Shown one piece after another: positions 10,029 through 20,258 of a stretch of DNA of 64,000 bases. Origin of the DNA: Bacteroidota bacterium (GTDB taxonomy: Bacteria; Bacteroidota; Bacteroidia; Cytophagales; Cyclobacteriaceae). The stretch's first letter is position 1, and each line of letters starts with the position of its first letter. A program made the position numbers and the translations under genes. A model generated the notes under the pieces. It did no database searches. It was not told the DNA's origin and saw only the letters and a program-made list of their open reading frames with translations. The stretch is taken from positions 2,727,122 through 2,791,121 of the forward strand of contig CP170458.1 in NCBI GenBank assembly GCA_047947195.1, given 5' to 3'.

Positions 10029-11311
10029 CTAACCAGTGCACCTGCTATGGAAGCAGTCATCATGGTAGCCAGTGTGGCGGCTAGTAACGAACGCATACCC
10101 AACCTGGAGATATTTCCCTGTTGATTAGGGGCCATCCCCCCTACTCCACCTATCTGAATGGCTATAGAACTGAAATTGGCAAATCCACATAGTGCATAAG
10201 TGGCAATGACTACTGATTTGTTGCTAAGTGTTCCTGCATGCACAAAGTCTGCCAGTCCAAGGTAAGCAACAAATTCATTGACAACTACCTTCTGCCCCAG
10301 TAGGGAACCTACCTGTAAGGTGTCCTGCCATTCAACACCAATAATAAAGGCAAAAAATCGAAAGACCTGCCCCAGGAGGTATTCTAATGACAATCCGTCA
10401 AAATTATTACCCGTTGATTCTATAATAAATGCATTCAAACCAATCACTTCACCAATTGCTCCTAATACATAGTTGACGGCAGCTATCAAGGCAATGAATG
10501 CCAAAAGCATCGCTCCAATGTTCAATGCCAGTTTAAGTCCATCCGCAGCCCCCCTTGCCAGTGAGTCAATCAAATTGACTCCAAGTGTTTCCGTATTGAC
10601 CCGAAGATCTGAATTGATATGTTCCCGATTTAATTCCGGAAGCATGATCTTGGACATGACAATTGCAGCCGGGGCATTCATGATGGAGGCACTCAGTAAA
10701 TAGGCTGCATATCTTTCTCTTTCCACAGGATCATCACCTCCTAAAAAAGCAACATAACCTGCTAATACACCACCGGCAATAGTAGCCATCCCACCTGTCA
10801 TCAGGCACATGAGTTCAGATTGTGTCATTTTTGGGATAAAAGGTCGGACGAGCAAAGGCGCTTCTGTTTGACCAAGAAAGATATTACCTGCTGCAGACAA
10901 GGACTCTGCGCCGGAAAGTCGCATGGTCCGGGCCATAACCCAGGCTATTCCTTTAACCACCCATTGCAATACACCCAGATAATATAGGCCCGCGGAAAGT
11001 GTTGAAAAGAAAATAATTGTTGGGAGAACCTGCAAAGCGAAGATGAATCCCATGTTTTCGGTATCCACTAACCCACCAAAAAGAAATGCCGCTCCTTCTC
11101 CAGAGAAGTCCAGCAAAACAACGAATTGCTTACTGACCCAATTGAATACCAGTTCCACAAAGGTGACTTGGGTAATTAACAATCCAAACACTACCTGAAG
11201 GCCAACACCAATGAGTATGAGTCGATAATCAACTGCTTTCCTATTAGAGCTGAATAAAAAAGCTGTGGCAAGTAAAAACAGAAGCCCCAGAAGGGCACGC
11301 AGAATATCCAT
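10022..11311 (-). CDS. NupC/CNT family concentrative nucleoside transporter.
   Basis: A 429 aa polytopic membrane protein with an N-terminus (MDILRALLGLLFLL...) and length characteristic of NupC. Confidence 0.75.
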   Translation of the reverse strand: MDILRALLGLLFLLATAFLFSSNRKAVDYRLILIGVGLQVVFGLLITQVTFVELVFNWVSKQFVVLLDFSGEGAAFLFGGLVDTENMGFIFALQVLPTIIFFSTLSAGLYYLGVLQWVVKGIAWVMARTMRLSGAESLSAAGNIFLGQTEAPLLVRPFIPKMTQSELMCLMTGGMATIAGGVLAGYVAFLGGDDPVERERYAAYLLSASIMNAPAAIVMSKIMLPELNREHINSDLRVNTETLGVNLIDSLARGAADGLKLALNIGAMLLAFIALIAAVNYVLGAIGEVIGLNAFIIESTGNNFDGLSLEYLLGQVFRFFAFIIGVEWQDTLQVGSLLGQKVVVNEFVAYLGLADFVHAGTLSNKSVVIATYALCGFANFSSIAIQIGGVGGMAPNQQGNISRLGMRSLLAATLATMMTASIAGALVSY

Positions 11312-11393
11312 TCAATTGAGTTCTGAAGACACTAAAATTAACTAAAGTACTCAATAAATAGAGGTAATAGAGCAACCTTCTTGTCTCAATTCT

Positions 11394-13724
11394 CTAGTTA
11401 ATATTTATTACATCAACGGGCAGTGAGTTTTCATCTGAAGCCCAGGACTCATTGGGTTGAGAACCCATATTGAAAATAAGCGTCCCACCTTTTACCAGTT
11501 CATCATGATCAATCCATGACCTGTTAAACGGTTGTCCATCAAGGGTTGCTGATTGAATAAAGTGATTTTGGTCGGAAATATTATTTGCCTGAATAGTGAA
11601 TGTGGTTCCTCCATTCATATTGATCTGAATTTCTTCAAATGCGGGAGTCCCAATGATATAATAAGGAGTACCTGGACAAACCGGATAGAAACCCATCATG
11701 GAAAACACCAGCCAGGCTGACATCTGGCCTGCATCTTCATTCCCACTTAATCCACCAGGGCCAATACCATACTCCGCTTTTATTATATCATATACCCATT
11801 TTTGGGTTTTCCATGGACTACCTGAATAAGCATACATATACGCTGTTTGATGACCGGGTTCGTTTCCATGCCAGTACTCATCCGTGTCAAAGAGCACATC
11901 CAATCTCTCCGTAAATTTTTCTTTACCTCCCATGGCCGCCATTAAGCCATAAACATCCTGCGGCACATACCAGGTATATTGAAACGGTGTTCCTTCTGTA
12001 ATGAAAGGGGTCCGGGTAGCATTCGGATCAAAGGGCTCATACCAACTTCCATCCTGATATTTTCCTCTCACATAACCTGTTGACTTATCAAATACATTTT
12101 CCCAATTCCTTCCTCGTTTCTTCAGTGCTTGATATTCCACTTTCCCATGACGTTTTGCAAATTCAGAAAGTACGAAATCGTCATACGCATATTCAAGGGT
12201 TCTGGAAACCTGTTCCTGTTTGTGAAAAGAGTATGGCACTTTCTCTTCCATGGGTATGTAGTCGTATTCCAGGTAGGTATTTAAGACTCTTCTGCCCTTA
12301 CCAGATATATATGACTCTTTATCTTCATTATAGGTAAAAGCATTTTTTCGCATGTATTCCCAGGCTACCTCTTTGTCAAAATCATCAATTCCTTTAGCAT
12401 CTGCATCACATATCATCGAAATCACATGATCTCCTATCATAGCAGCGGTGTAATTGTTCCACGCGGGAAAAATGGGTAACCATTCACCTTGTTGTGCTTT
12501 CAGTAGTAGAGAGTTAATCATGTCAGAAGACTTTTCTGGCTCCAGGATGGTCATCAATGGGTGAACACCTCTAAAGGTATCCCACATAGAAAAATCAACA
12601 TAGTAATCATTATCTGCCTGATGAATATCCTCATCTTCAGCAAAACCTACATACTTTCCATCAACGTCACTAAAAACTCTTGGGAGTAGGTAAGAATGAT
12701 ATAAGGCTGTATAAAATAGTTTCTGATCATCATCGTCTCCTTTTACTCGAACTTTGCTCAAAACTTCATTCCAGCTCTGTTTAGATTTTTCTGAAACCTT
12801 TTCAAAATTCCAATCTGGAATCTCAGCTTCCAGGTTTTTTATAGCGCCCTCTACACTGGTAAAGGATGTTCCTACCTTGACCAGAATCTCCTTTGTCTTG
12901 CCAAAGGTCACAAAAGCACTTACCATGGATGAATCACCTTGCACCTCCTGTTGATTATCAATGATCTTATCATTAGTTATGACTCCAAACGCTGCTATGG
13001 GTTCTGAAAACTTAATGGCAAAATATCCACTAAATCCAGCATCTTCTCCCCACCCCTGATAAATCCTATGTACAGGATTATACCCTACAACCATTTGCCT
13101 TTCAACATCCACCCGAACAAATCCAAATCCTTCATCGCTATTCGGAGTGATCACTACCTTAGGGTCTTCATTGCCCTTAAAGTTGAGTCTCAGTATCCCT
13201 GCTCGTGAAACAGCAGCTAGCTCTGCCTCAATATCATATTTATCCAGACTTACCTTATAGTAATTAGGTTTGGCAGCCTCACTACTTTTTTGGAAGGAAG
13301 ACCCTCTTCCGTAAACATCTGAAGACAATTCGCCAGTGACTGGCATTATCGACACACTCCCATAATCCTGTGTACATGAACCACTCATCCAGTGGGTACC
13401 TCTAAATCCCGTAATCACAGAATCCTCATAGTAATAAGGGGATTTACACTTAATTTCTGTTGGTTGAGTTTCCGGTGTCCATTGGGTCATCCCGTGTGGG
13501 ACTCCTACTGCCGGATAGTTTTGACCTCTTAGTTCAGATCCACTTACGCTGTGTTTTATTGCACTCGGTGTGGTAGCTACAGCAGTTCCAATAAAGGGAT
13601 CCACAAAATCTACTGTTGAAGTCTCACTTAACTGGCCAGGTTGTGTGCACCGGGCTAGCAGAACCAATAAGAATGAAAAAATGAACAGGTAAATTGAATT
13701 CCAAGAATTGGTTGAGGCTATCAT
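11394..13724 (-). CDS. Glycoside hydrolase family 92 (alpha-mannosidase-like), probably a lipoprotein.
   Basis: A 776 aa protein with the lipobox LLARC. It carries the FSMWDTFRGVHPL block, which resembles the GH92 WDTYRA motif. Confidence 0.65.
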   Translation of the reverse strand: MIASTNSWNSIYLFIFSFLLVLLARCTQPGQLSETSTVDFVDPFIGTAVATTPSAIKHSVSGSELRGQNYPAVGVPHGMTQWTPETQPTEIKCKSPYYYEDSVITGFRGTHWMSGSCTQDYGSVSIMPVTGELSSDVYGRGSSFQKSSEAAKPNYYKVSLDKYDIEAELAAVSRAGILRLNFKGNEDPKVVITPNSDEGFGFVRVDVERQMVVGYNPVHRIYQGWGEDAGFSGYFAIKFSEPIAAFGVITNDKIIDNQQEVQGDSSMVSAFVTFGKTKEILVKVGTSFTSVEGAIKNLEAEIPDWNFEKVSEKSKQSWNEVLSKVRVKGDDDDQKLFYTALYHSYLLPRVFSDVDGKYVGFAEDEDIHQADNDYYVDFSMWDTFRGVHPLMTILEPEKSSDMINSLLLKAQQGEWLPIFPAWNNYTAAMIGDHVISMICDADAKGIDDFDKEVAWEYMRKNAFTYNEDKESYISGKGRRVLNTYLEYDYIPMEEKVPYSFHKQEQVSRTLEYAYDDFVLSEFAKRHGKVEYQALKKRGRNWENVFDKSTGYVRGKYQDGSWYEPFDPNATRTPFITEGTPFQYTWYVPQDVYGLMAAMGGKEKFTERLDVLFDTDEYWHGNEPGHQTAYMYAYSGSPWKTQKWVYDIIKAEYGIGPGGLSGNEDAGQMSAWLVFSMMGFYPVCPGTPYYIIGTPAFEEIQINMNGGTTFTIQANNISDQNHFIQSATLDGQPFNRSWIDHDELVKGGTLIFNMGSQPNESWASDENSLPVDVININ

Positions 13725-13762
13725 AATAGAGTGGGTGTGGTTAAATAAAGTGCTTAAATCAC

Positions 13763-14365
13763 TTAATTTCTCCTATTGATCTCATCCCTGATCTTAGCGG
13801 CCTTCTCATAATCTTCATTTTTCAAAGAATCATCCAACATCTTATTGAGTTGATCCGTTGGAAGATCTTCCAACTTTTTAGGTTTATCCTTTGCTGAAGT
13901 AGTAGGTATAGGTGTTTCCGCCTTTTTTTCCACTGTGGTAGAAATCTCTTCTTCACTCATTTCGATACCTGCTTCTGTCAGAATAGATTCATAGGTGAAA
14001 ATCTCTACGTTAAATCGAAGACCAATTGCAATGGCATCTGAAGGTCTTGCATCTATCTCAATCGTTTTCCCATCGTGAGTGCAAACGATCTTACTAAAAA
14101 ATACTCCTTCTTTTAAATCAGAGATGATAATCTCCTTTATATCAAAATTAAAATTATAGGCAAAAGATTTAAACAGGTCATGTGTCATTGGTCTATTGGG
14201 GGCAATTTTTTCGATCTCAATAGCAATTGCCTGCGCCTCAAACATCCCTATAATAATTGGAAGTCTTTTATTTCCCCCTGCTTCTCCCAGCACCAGTGCA
14301 AAAGAACCGGACTGTGACTGGCTTGACGACAAACCAAGAATTTCTAATTTGATTTTATCTGGCAT
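13763..14365 (-). CDS. Bifunctional nuclease (DUF151/BFN) family protein with a C-terminal UVR motif.
   Basis: The N-terminal BFN-like core (LVLGE...RLPIIIG..EAQAIA) is followed by the C-terminal DYEKAAKIRDEI UvrB/C-type UVR helix. Confidence 0.65.
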   Translation of the reverse strand: MPDKIKLEILGLSSSQSQSGSFALVLGEAGGNKRLPIIIGMFEAQAIAIEIEKIAPNRPMTHDLFKSFAYNFNFDIKEIIISDLKEGVFFSKIVCTHDGKTIEIDARPSDAIAIGLRFNVEIFTYESILTEAGIEMSEEEISTTVEKKAETPIPTTSAKDKPKKLEDLPTDQLNKMLDDSLKNEDYEKAAKIRDEINRRN

Positions 14366-15321
14366 TAGTCTTTTTTAGCTTTTATTGCTTCAGTCAATTT
14401 TGGAACAATTTCAAATGCATCTCCTACAATTCCAAAATCAGCTGCCTTGAAAAATGGAGCCTCCGGATCTTTATTTATCACCAAAATGTATTTTGACGAG
14501 TTCACTCCAGCCAAATGCTGGATGGCTCCCGAAATTCCGACCGCAATGTATAAAGATGGGCTGACTTTTATCCCAGTTTGCCCAACATGTTCATGATGCG
14601 GTCGCCAATTCATATCTGATACAGGTTTACTGCATCCTGTCGCTGCTCCTAATATAGCTGCAAGATCTTCAAGTATCTTCCAGTTTTCAGGACCTCCCAT
14701 ACCTCGGCCACCTGACACAACAATTTCTGCTTCAGGAAGCAGTACTTCACCGGTCGTTTTTTCCGTCTTAGTGATTTTTACTTTAAAGTCATCATCGTTG
14801 AGTGTTGGATGGAAATCAATCACTTCTGGGGCTGATCCATCTTCAAGAACCGGTACGGCATTCTTCTTTATGGCCAGAATTTTCCTTTCTCCATTTACGA
14901 CTGTCTTTGCCACCGCTTTCCCAGTATAGATGCTTCGGTCGACAATGAATTCATTTCCACTTTCAGGAAGCTCCGTTACATTGGAAACTACACTTGAGCC
15001 TGTCTTGATGGCGACCCTGGCAGAAACAGGGTCCCCCAATGACGATTTGGCAAGGACCATAATGTTGCATCCATGTTTATCCATGGCTTCAGCCAGGGCT
15101 GATGAATAAGCCATAATATTGGGCGTACCTAATTTTACATCTTTAACATGGATGAGTTTTTTAGCGCCTGCTTTTCCAATCTTTGTAATGCTCTCTTCGG
15201 ATATGTCTCCGAATCCGATAGCAAACACATCACCATCCAAAGCTTTGCCATAACTAATGGCTTCGAGAGAAGATTTTTTTACTTCTTTCTCATCTATCTC
15301 CACAAATACTAATACACTCAT
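14365..15321 (-). CDS. etfA: Electron transfer flavoprotein subunit alpha.
   Basis: A 318 aa protein with a C-terminal FAD-binding segment ([19 protein letters not shown]). Confidence 0.9.
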   Translation of the reverse strand: MSVLVFVEIDEKEVKKSSLEAISYGKALDGDVFAIGFGDISEESITKIGKAGAKKLIHVKDVKLGTPNIMAYSSALAEAMDKHGCNIMVLAKSSLGDPVSARVAIKTGSSVVSNVTELPESGNEFIVDRSIYTGKAVAKTVVNGERKILAIKKNAVPVLEDGSAPEVIDFHPTLNDDDFKVKITKTEKTTGEVLLPEAEIVVSGGRGMGGPENWKILEDLAAILGAATGCSKPVSDMNWRPHHEHVGQTGIKVSPSLYIAVGISGAIQHLAGVNSSKYILVINKDPEAPFFKAADFGIVGDAFEIVPKLTEAIKAKKD

Positions 15322-15322
15322 C

Positions 15323-16060
15323 TCAAATAACTTTTGCCTTGTTTATTAACTCATCCACGAGGTCACCAATATTTTCCTTTTCAAAAAGCTTTACCGCTCC
15401 CTTTGGAGGTGGTAGCTCATACACCTTTACAGCGGTTCCCACATCAACATTCTCTGGTTCTTTTACTTCGAGGGGTTTGGTTCTGGAAGCCATGATACCT
15501 CGCATGTTAGGTATCTTCCATTCAGCAATTGGCTCCTGACAACCTGCGACGAATGGCAGTGAAAGCTCCATATATTCTTTACCTCCTTCTATTTCACGGG
15601 TAAGCTTGGCAGAGTTTCCTTCAATATCCAGACTCATAACCGGAGAGATTGATGGCATTGAAAGCAATTCACCAACCAGGCTATGTACTATTCCGCTATT
15701 GAAGTCAATACTTTCTCGACCCATCATGATTAGATCATAGTTACCTGATTTAGCCACATTGGCAATCTGTTTTGCAACAAAAAAAGAATCTGTAGGGAAA
15801 GCATTTACCCGAACAGCATCATCAGCTCCAATGGCCAATGCTTTTCTCAAGGTGGGTTCGGTTTCTGCTTCTCCCACATTCAATGCAGTTACTGTGCCAC
15901 CATGTTGTTCCTTCAATTCCACTGCCCTTGCAAGCGCATAGTCATCGTAAGGTCCAATGATAAACTGGACGCCACTTTTATCAAATTTTGTGTTACTATC
16001 GGTAAATGAAATCTTTGAAGTAGTATCTGGAACGTGTGTAATACAGACTAGAATTTTCAT
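15323..16060 (-). CDS. etfB: Electron transfer flavoprotein subunit beta.
   Basis: MKILVCI...PDTTSKI is the ETF-beta N-terminus. The start was chosen at the internal ATG at 16060 rather than the ORF-track start at 16099. Confidence 0.85.
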   Translation of the reverse strand: MKILVCITHVPDTTSKISFTDSNTKFDKSGVQFIIGPYDDYALARAVELKEQHGGTVTALNVGEAETEPTLRKALAIGADDAVRVNAFPTDSFFVAKQIANVAKSGNYDLIMMGRESIDFNSGIVHSLVGELLSMPSISPVMSLDIEGNSAKLTREIEGGKEYMELSLPFVAGCQEPIAEWKIPNMRGIMASRTKPLEVKEPENVDVGTAVKVYELPPPKGAVKLFEKENIGDLVDELINKAKVI

Positions 16061-16367
16061 GTGTATATAGTTGATTTTTTTTCGGTCACATGCCTGCATG
16101 CACTAGTACATTTCGGCACTCAGGCATGGAATTCGCATGTTAAAAATTTCTTACTAAAAGATGCTCTTCTTGGAGTTTTATTCATCCTAGCTTTTCCTAA
16201 TCATGCTCATTTCATGTATACATTGTTTGTCTATTAGAGACCATATAGAAACTATCAATAAAAATTCACACTAAAAATCTAATGTTAATTTCCGTATGTT
16301 TATATTAAAAATAGCTGATTTATCTATCATTTTTGCTCTGTTTCGAAGTTAGTTAAAAAAATAAGAT

Positions 16368-16697
16368 ATGGGCAGTGAGGAACGCATTAAACAACTTGAA
16401 TTCTATCATAAAGAAGATCCAAATGATCCATTTCCTGTCTATGCTTTAGCTATGGAATATCTCTATATTGATAAGCAAAAATCAAGGGATTTGTTTGAAA
16501 TATTATTGACCAATCATGCTGATTATATTGGCACCTATTATCATGCGGCAGCGCTTTATATTGAATTGGGGGAGAAAGAAAAAGCTGAACTAACTTATAA
16601 AGTCGGAATATCAAAAGCTCAAAAAGCTGGGAATCATCATGCGCTAAGAGAGCTACAATCAGCCTATCAGAATTTCTTATTCGATGATGATGAATAG
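16368..16697 (+). CDS. Small TPR-like protein.
   Basis: A 109 aa protein with helical Ala/Tyr/Leu spacing (ALAMEYLY, YYHAAALYIELGEK). Confidence 0.4.
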   Translation: MGSEERIKQLEFYHKEDPNDPFPVYALAMEYLYIDKQKSRDLFEILLTNHADYIGTYYHAAALYIELGEKEKAELTYKVGISKAQKAGNHHALRELQSAYQNFLFDDDE

Positions 16698-16715
16698 TTT
16701 AGAACCTTGGACTAA

Positions 16716-17705
16716 TCATGATAACAGTAAGACCACTTTTCCATAGTGATCTTTATCTACAAATCGCCTGAAGGCATCGCGATATTTTTCCATTGGGAAT
16801 TCTTTGTCAATGATTGGCTTGATTTGGTTAATGTCAATAAATTCAACCATCTCGGAAAATTCCTCATCATTGCCCATAGAAGTACCAATGATACTTATCT
16901 GCTGCCAAAAAAGACGTGGTAAATCGAATCCTTCAGCGCGTCCGGCAGAGGCGCCATAAATGATTATTTTTCCGCCAGGCTTCGTGACCTTCAAGTACTT
17001 ATCTACCAAATTTCCCCCTGAACTATCAATAATAACATCAAATGGTCCGACTTCCTTTTTAGCAGTCTTTACCCAATCCTCCTTCTTATAATTAAAACCG
17101 CCCTTTGCTCCGAGGGAGACAGCGTCTGAAATCTTGCCATCACTACTACTTGTAACATATACCTCAGCTTTTACGGCCTTGCTAAAGGAAACCGCAAATT
17201 GAGCTACACCACCTCCGATGCCTGTGACCAGGACTTTCGACCCTTCTTGTATTTCCCCTTTTTTGAAGCAAGCACGATAGGCGGTAAGTCCAGCCAAAGG
17301 AAAACATGCAGCCTGACTGAAACTCAAAAACTTGGGTTTCTCAACTAATCGATCTTCATCAACTGTAATGTATTCAGCCAAAGTACCATCCTTAGGCATT
17401 CCCAGAATTTCATATTCTTTCGATTGAGCAACTGGATTATCACCCCAGTCAATATTTGGATTAATGATCACCTTCTTACCTAACCAGTTATCCGGACCTT
17501 CAACCACTTCCCCACTACCATCAGATCCTAGAATTACATTCTCCTTTATGTTGGGATATTTCCCTACCGTAATCCAAAAGTCTCTTCTATTTAATGAAGC
17601 TGCTTTGAGCTTGACCAGGCATTGGCCACTTTTAATCTCAGGCTTTTCTACTTCTACTAATTCAATATTGAGGTCGCGGTCTCCGACAAGCTTGATGGCT
17701 CTCAT
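16716..17705 (-). CDS. Zinc-type alcohol dehydrogenase / quinone oxidoreductase (MDR superfamily).
   Basis: A 329 aa protein with the GIGGGVAQFAV Rossmann motif and an N-terminal GroES-like fold. Confidence 0.75.
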   Translation of the reverse strand: MRAIKLVGDRDLNIELVEVEKPEIKSGQCLVKLKAASLNRRDFWITVGKYPNIKENVILGSDGSGEVVEGPDNWLGKKVIINPNIDWGDNPVAQSKEYEILGMPKDGTLAEYITVDEDRLVEKPKFLSFSQAACFPLAGLTAYRACFKKGEIQEGSKVLVTGIGGGVAQFAVSFSKAVKAEVYVTSSSDGKISDAVSLGAKGGFNYKKEDWVKTAKKEVGPFDVIIDSSGGNLVDKYLKVTKPGGKIIIYGASAGRAEGFDLPRLFWQQISIIGTSMGNDEEFSEMVEFIDINQIKPIIDKEFPMEKYRDAFRRFVDKDHYGKVVLLLS

Positions 17706-17834
17706 GTAAATAGGCTATTTTAAGTTTCCTGAAAACAATAGAACAGAGGTCATTGCTAGCCGAGAAATGTATGTATTTCTCGTGCCAATCCCATTTGATT
17801 TTGGGTAATTCATGAATTGCAGAAAGAAGTGTTA

Positions 17835-19379
17835 TCAGAATGGCATCTCTTCATCATCTTCTGATTCTTCTTTTTTGTTTGCTTTACTTGGCAAAGTAAT
17901 GGTAAAATCTGTATTCTGACTACCAGAAGTTGGGAATTTTTGACCATAATTCCCTGTATCATGGGAAGTGTCAAGGTCACCAAACTTGGTAAACTTACCA
18001 ATGAATTTCAACTGAACATTTTCCAGTTTACCATTCCTGTGTTTCGCAATGATCACCTCCCCAATACCATTGAGTGGCATTCCATTCTCATCCTGGGTCA
18101 TACCATAATATTCAGGTCGATATAGGAACATTACCATATCAGCATCCTGCTCAATTGATCCTGATTCCCTAAGGTCAGAAAGCTGAGGACGCTTATCCCC
18201 TCCTCTTGTTTCCACTGCCCTACTCAACTGAGAAAGTGCTATCACCGGAACATTGAGTTCTTTTGCTATCCCTTTCAATGCCCTGGAAATAGAAGCAATT
18301 TCCTGCTCTCGATTTCCACCGGAATTCTTCGAGGAATCACCAGTCATCAATTGCAGGTAGTCAATGATAATCAGCTTCACACCATGTTGAGCAACCAAAC
18401 GTCTACTCTTGGCTCGTAACTCGAGAATACTCAATGCTGGAGTATCATCAATGAAAATTGGAGCCTCGGATAACTTGGAGGTCTTATGCAGCAATTGCTC
18501 CCACTCATAGTCTGCCAAATCTCCTCTCTTGATCTTATCACTTTCTAACTCGGCTTCGGCAGAAATCAAACGATTCACCAATTGAACGGATGACATCTCC
18601 AAAGAAAACAACCCTACTGGCATGTTAAAATCTACAGCTGCATTTCTCATGGCAGATACCACAAAAGCTGTCTTACCCATACCAGGTCTTGCAGCGATGA
18701 TCACAAGATCTGAAGGTTGCCAACCGGATGTGACGCGATCCAATGCAGTGAATCCACTAGCCACACCAGTTAGTCCATCTTTACGATCTTTCTTCTGTTC
18801 AATTTCCTCAATTGCCTGGTGAAGCAATGAGCTCATCTTATCGTAATTTTTTCGAATATGAGATTCTGAAATATCAAAAAGTGACTGCTCTGAACGGTCC
18901 AACAACTTGAATACGTCAATGGTATCTTCATAAGCATCATGCTGTATCTCCGAAGAAATACGAATCAATTCTCTCTTTATAGATTGTTCAGCAACAATCC
19001 TGGCATGATACTCAATATTGGCAGCAGAGTTTACTTTGGTTGTTAACTCTGATACATAGTATGCGCCGCCCACCAATTCCAGTTGCCCATTCTTTCTTAA
19101 TTGATGAACAACCGTCTTAATATCTACTGGCTCGCTATTATTGAATAGCTGAACAATGGCTTCAAAAATGGTCTTGTTAGCATCCTTGTAAAAAGATTCC
19201 GGTCTAAGGATTTCGATCACATTGGTCAAAGCATCTCTTTCCAGCATCAGGGCACCCAGAATGGCTTCCTCTACCTCAATTGCCTGAGGCGGTAGCTTAC
19301 CCAATTGTTCGGATAGCTGAGTAATACCTATTCTTCTTGTCTTTCCTGATGGCCGGTAGACCGGTTTAGATTCCTCCAT
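17835..19379 (-). CDS. dnaB: Replicative DNA helicase DnaB.
   Basis: It has the Walker A motif PGMGKTAF, a RecA-like C-terminal domain and an N-terminal primase-interaction domain. At 514 aa there is no intein. Confidence 0.93.
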   Translation of the reverse strand: MEESKPVYRPSGKTRRIGITQLSEQLGKLPPQAIEVEEAILGALMLERDALTNVIEILRPESFYKDANKTIFEAIVQLFNNSEPVDIKTVVHQLRKNGQLELVGGAYYVSELTTKVNSAANIEYHARIVAEQSIKRELIRISSEIQHDAYEDTIDVFKLLDRSEQSLFDISESHIRKNYDKMSSLLHQAIEEIEQKKDRKDGLTGVASGFTALDRVTSGWQPSDLVIIAARPGMGKTAFVVSAMRNAAVDFNMPVGLFSLEMSSVQLVNRLISAEAELESDKIKRGDLADYEWEQLLHKTSKLSEAPIFIDDTPALSILELRAKSRRLVAQHGVKLIIIDYLQLMTGDSSKNSGGNREQEIASISRALKGIAKELNVPVIALSQLSRAVETRGGDKRPQLSDLRESGSIEQDADMVMFLYRPEYYGMTQDENGMPLNGIGEVIIAKHRNGKLENVQLKFIGKFTKFGDLDTSHDTGNYGQKFPTSGSQNTDFTITLPSKANKKEESEDDEEMPF

Positions 19380-19542
19380 AATATTTTTGGGTGGCTCAAT
19401 AAATTTCTTGGCGATTCATTGGCAAACCTATGAAACTAGAGCCAATCATTGTTGGCCCTTCGTAATTATATTTCCCCATCTAATATCAACGAAGATTTCC
19501 ACAATTATGATGGAAATATCCACATTCATTTTTTGGTTAAAA

Positions 19543-20229
19543 TCAGATGGTTTTTATTCGGCTCATCAGAACTGGTTTGTGTGCCCGGCTGATCGGAATG
19601 ATCTTGTCTTTGATTACAAGATTGGTGTCTTCAATATCCACAACTTTAGAAAGATTCACAATGTATGACCGATGCACTTTTAGAAAATCGGGATGATGAA
19701 TTTTCTCATCAATATTCTTTAGCGTTGAATGAACAATAAACTTTTCAGTGTCAGTCTTGAAAGTGACATAGTCTCCCAGGGACTCAATATATAGAATATC
19801 TTCCAGCGCCAGTCTCACAAATCTACCATCCACCTTCACGTAAATTTCTCCAATCTTACTACCTCCAACAGTAGTCTTTCCTCCCATTTTTTTTGCTCTT
19901 TCCACAGCTTTCATCAATCTGGGAAACTCAACTGGCTTAACCAAGAAATCTGTAACCTGGTGTTCGAAAGCCTCCAGGGCATATTCAGAATGACTAGTTG
20001 TAAATATGATCTGTGGTAGATTATCAAATGTCTTTACCAAATCGATACCCGATAAATCTGGCATTTGGATATCCAAAAAAATAAGATCTACTGCATTGTT
20101 TTTTAAACATTCTAATGCTGATAATCCATTATCAAAGATCCCAACCAAATCAATTTCGGCTATCTTTTCACACATAGAGGCTAATGACGCTCGTGCCATC
20201 TCATCATCATCAACTATTATGTATTTCAT
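19543..20229 (-). CDS. LytTR-family response regulator.
   Basis: A REC domain (IVDDDE...DLIFLDIQMPDLSG) is followed by a C-terminal LytTR DNA-binding domain. Confidence 0.85.
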   Translation of the reverse strand: MKYIIVDDDEMARASLASMCEKIAEIDLVGIFDNGLSALECLKNNAVDLIFLDIQMPDLSGIDLVKTFDNLPQIIFTTSHSEYALEAFEHQVTDFLVKPVEFPRLMKAVERAKKMGGKTTVGGSKIGEIYVKVDGRFVRLALEDILYIESLGDYVTFKTDTEKFIVHSTLKNIDEKIHHPDFLKVHRSYIVNLSKVVDIEDTNLVIKDKIIPISRAHKPVLMSRIKTI

Positions 20230-20258
20230 GGGTATAGTGTTTGTCCTTTATCAGAAAA

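Noticed and set aside
16100-16367. A Bacteroidetes-type promoter (TTG ... TAnnTTTG) in the large AT-rich gap upstream of the TPR gene.
   Set aside because: Several near-matches occur (for example tcatttttg near 16335), but none fits the -7 consensus exactly with a suitably spaced -33 TTG. I did not annotate one.
17835-19379. A possible intein in dnaB.
   Set aside because: The gene length (514 aa) and uninterrupted Walker A/B and RecA-like motifs are as expected for an intein-less DnaB.
19387-19668. A 93-aa plus-strand ORF between dnaB and the LytTR gene.
   Set aside because: It overlaps the 3' end of the LytTR regulator on the opposite strand. Its composition is AT-rich, hydrophobic and non-coding-like. 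It is most likely promoter or UTR sequence for dnaB.
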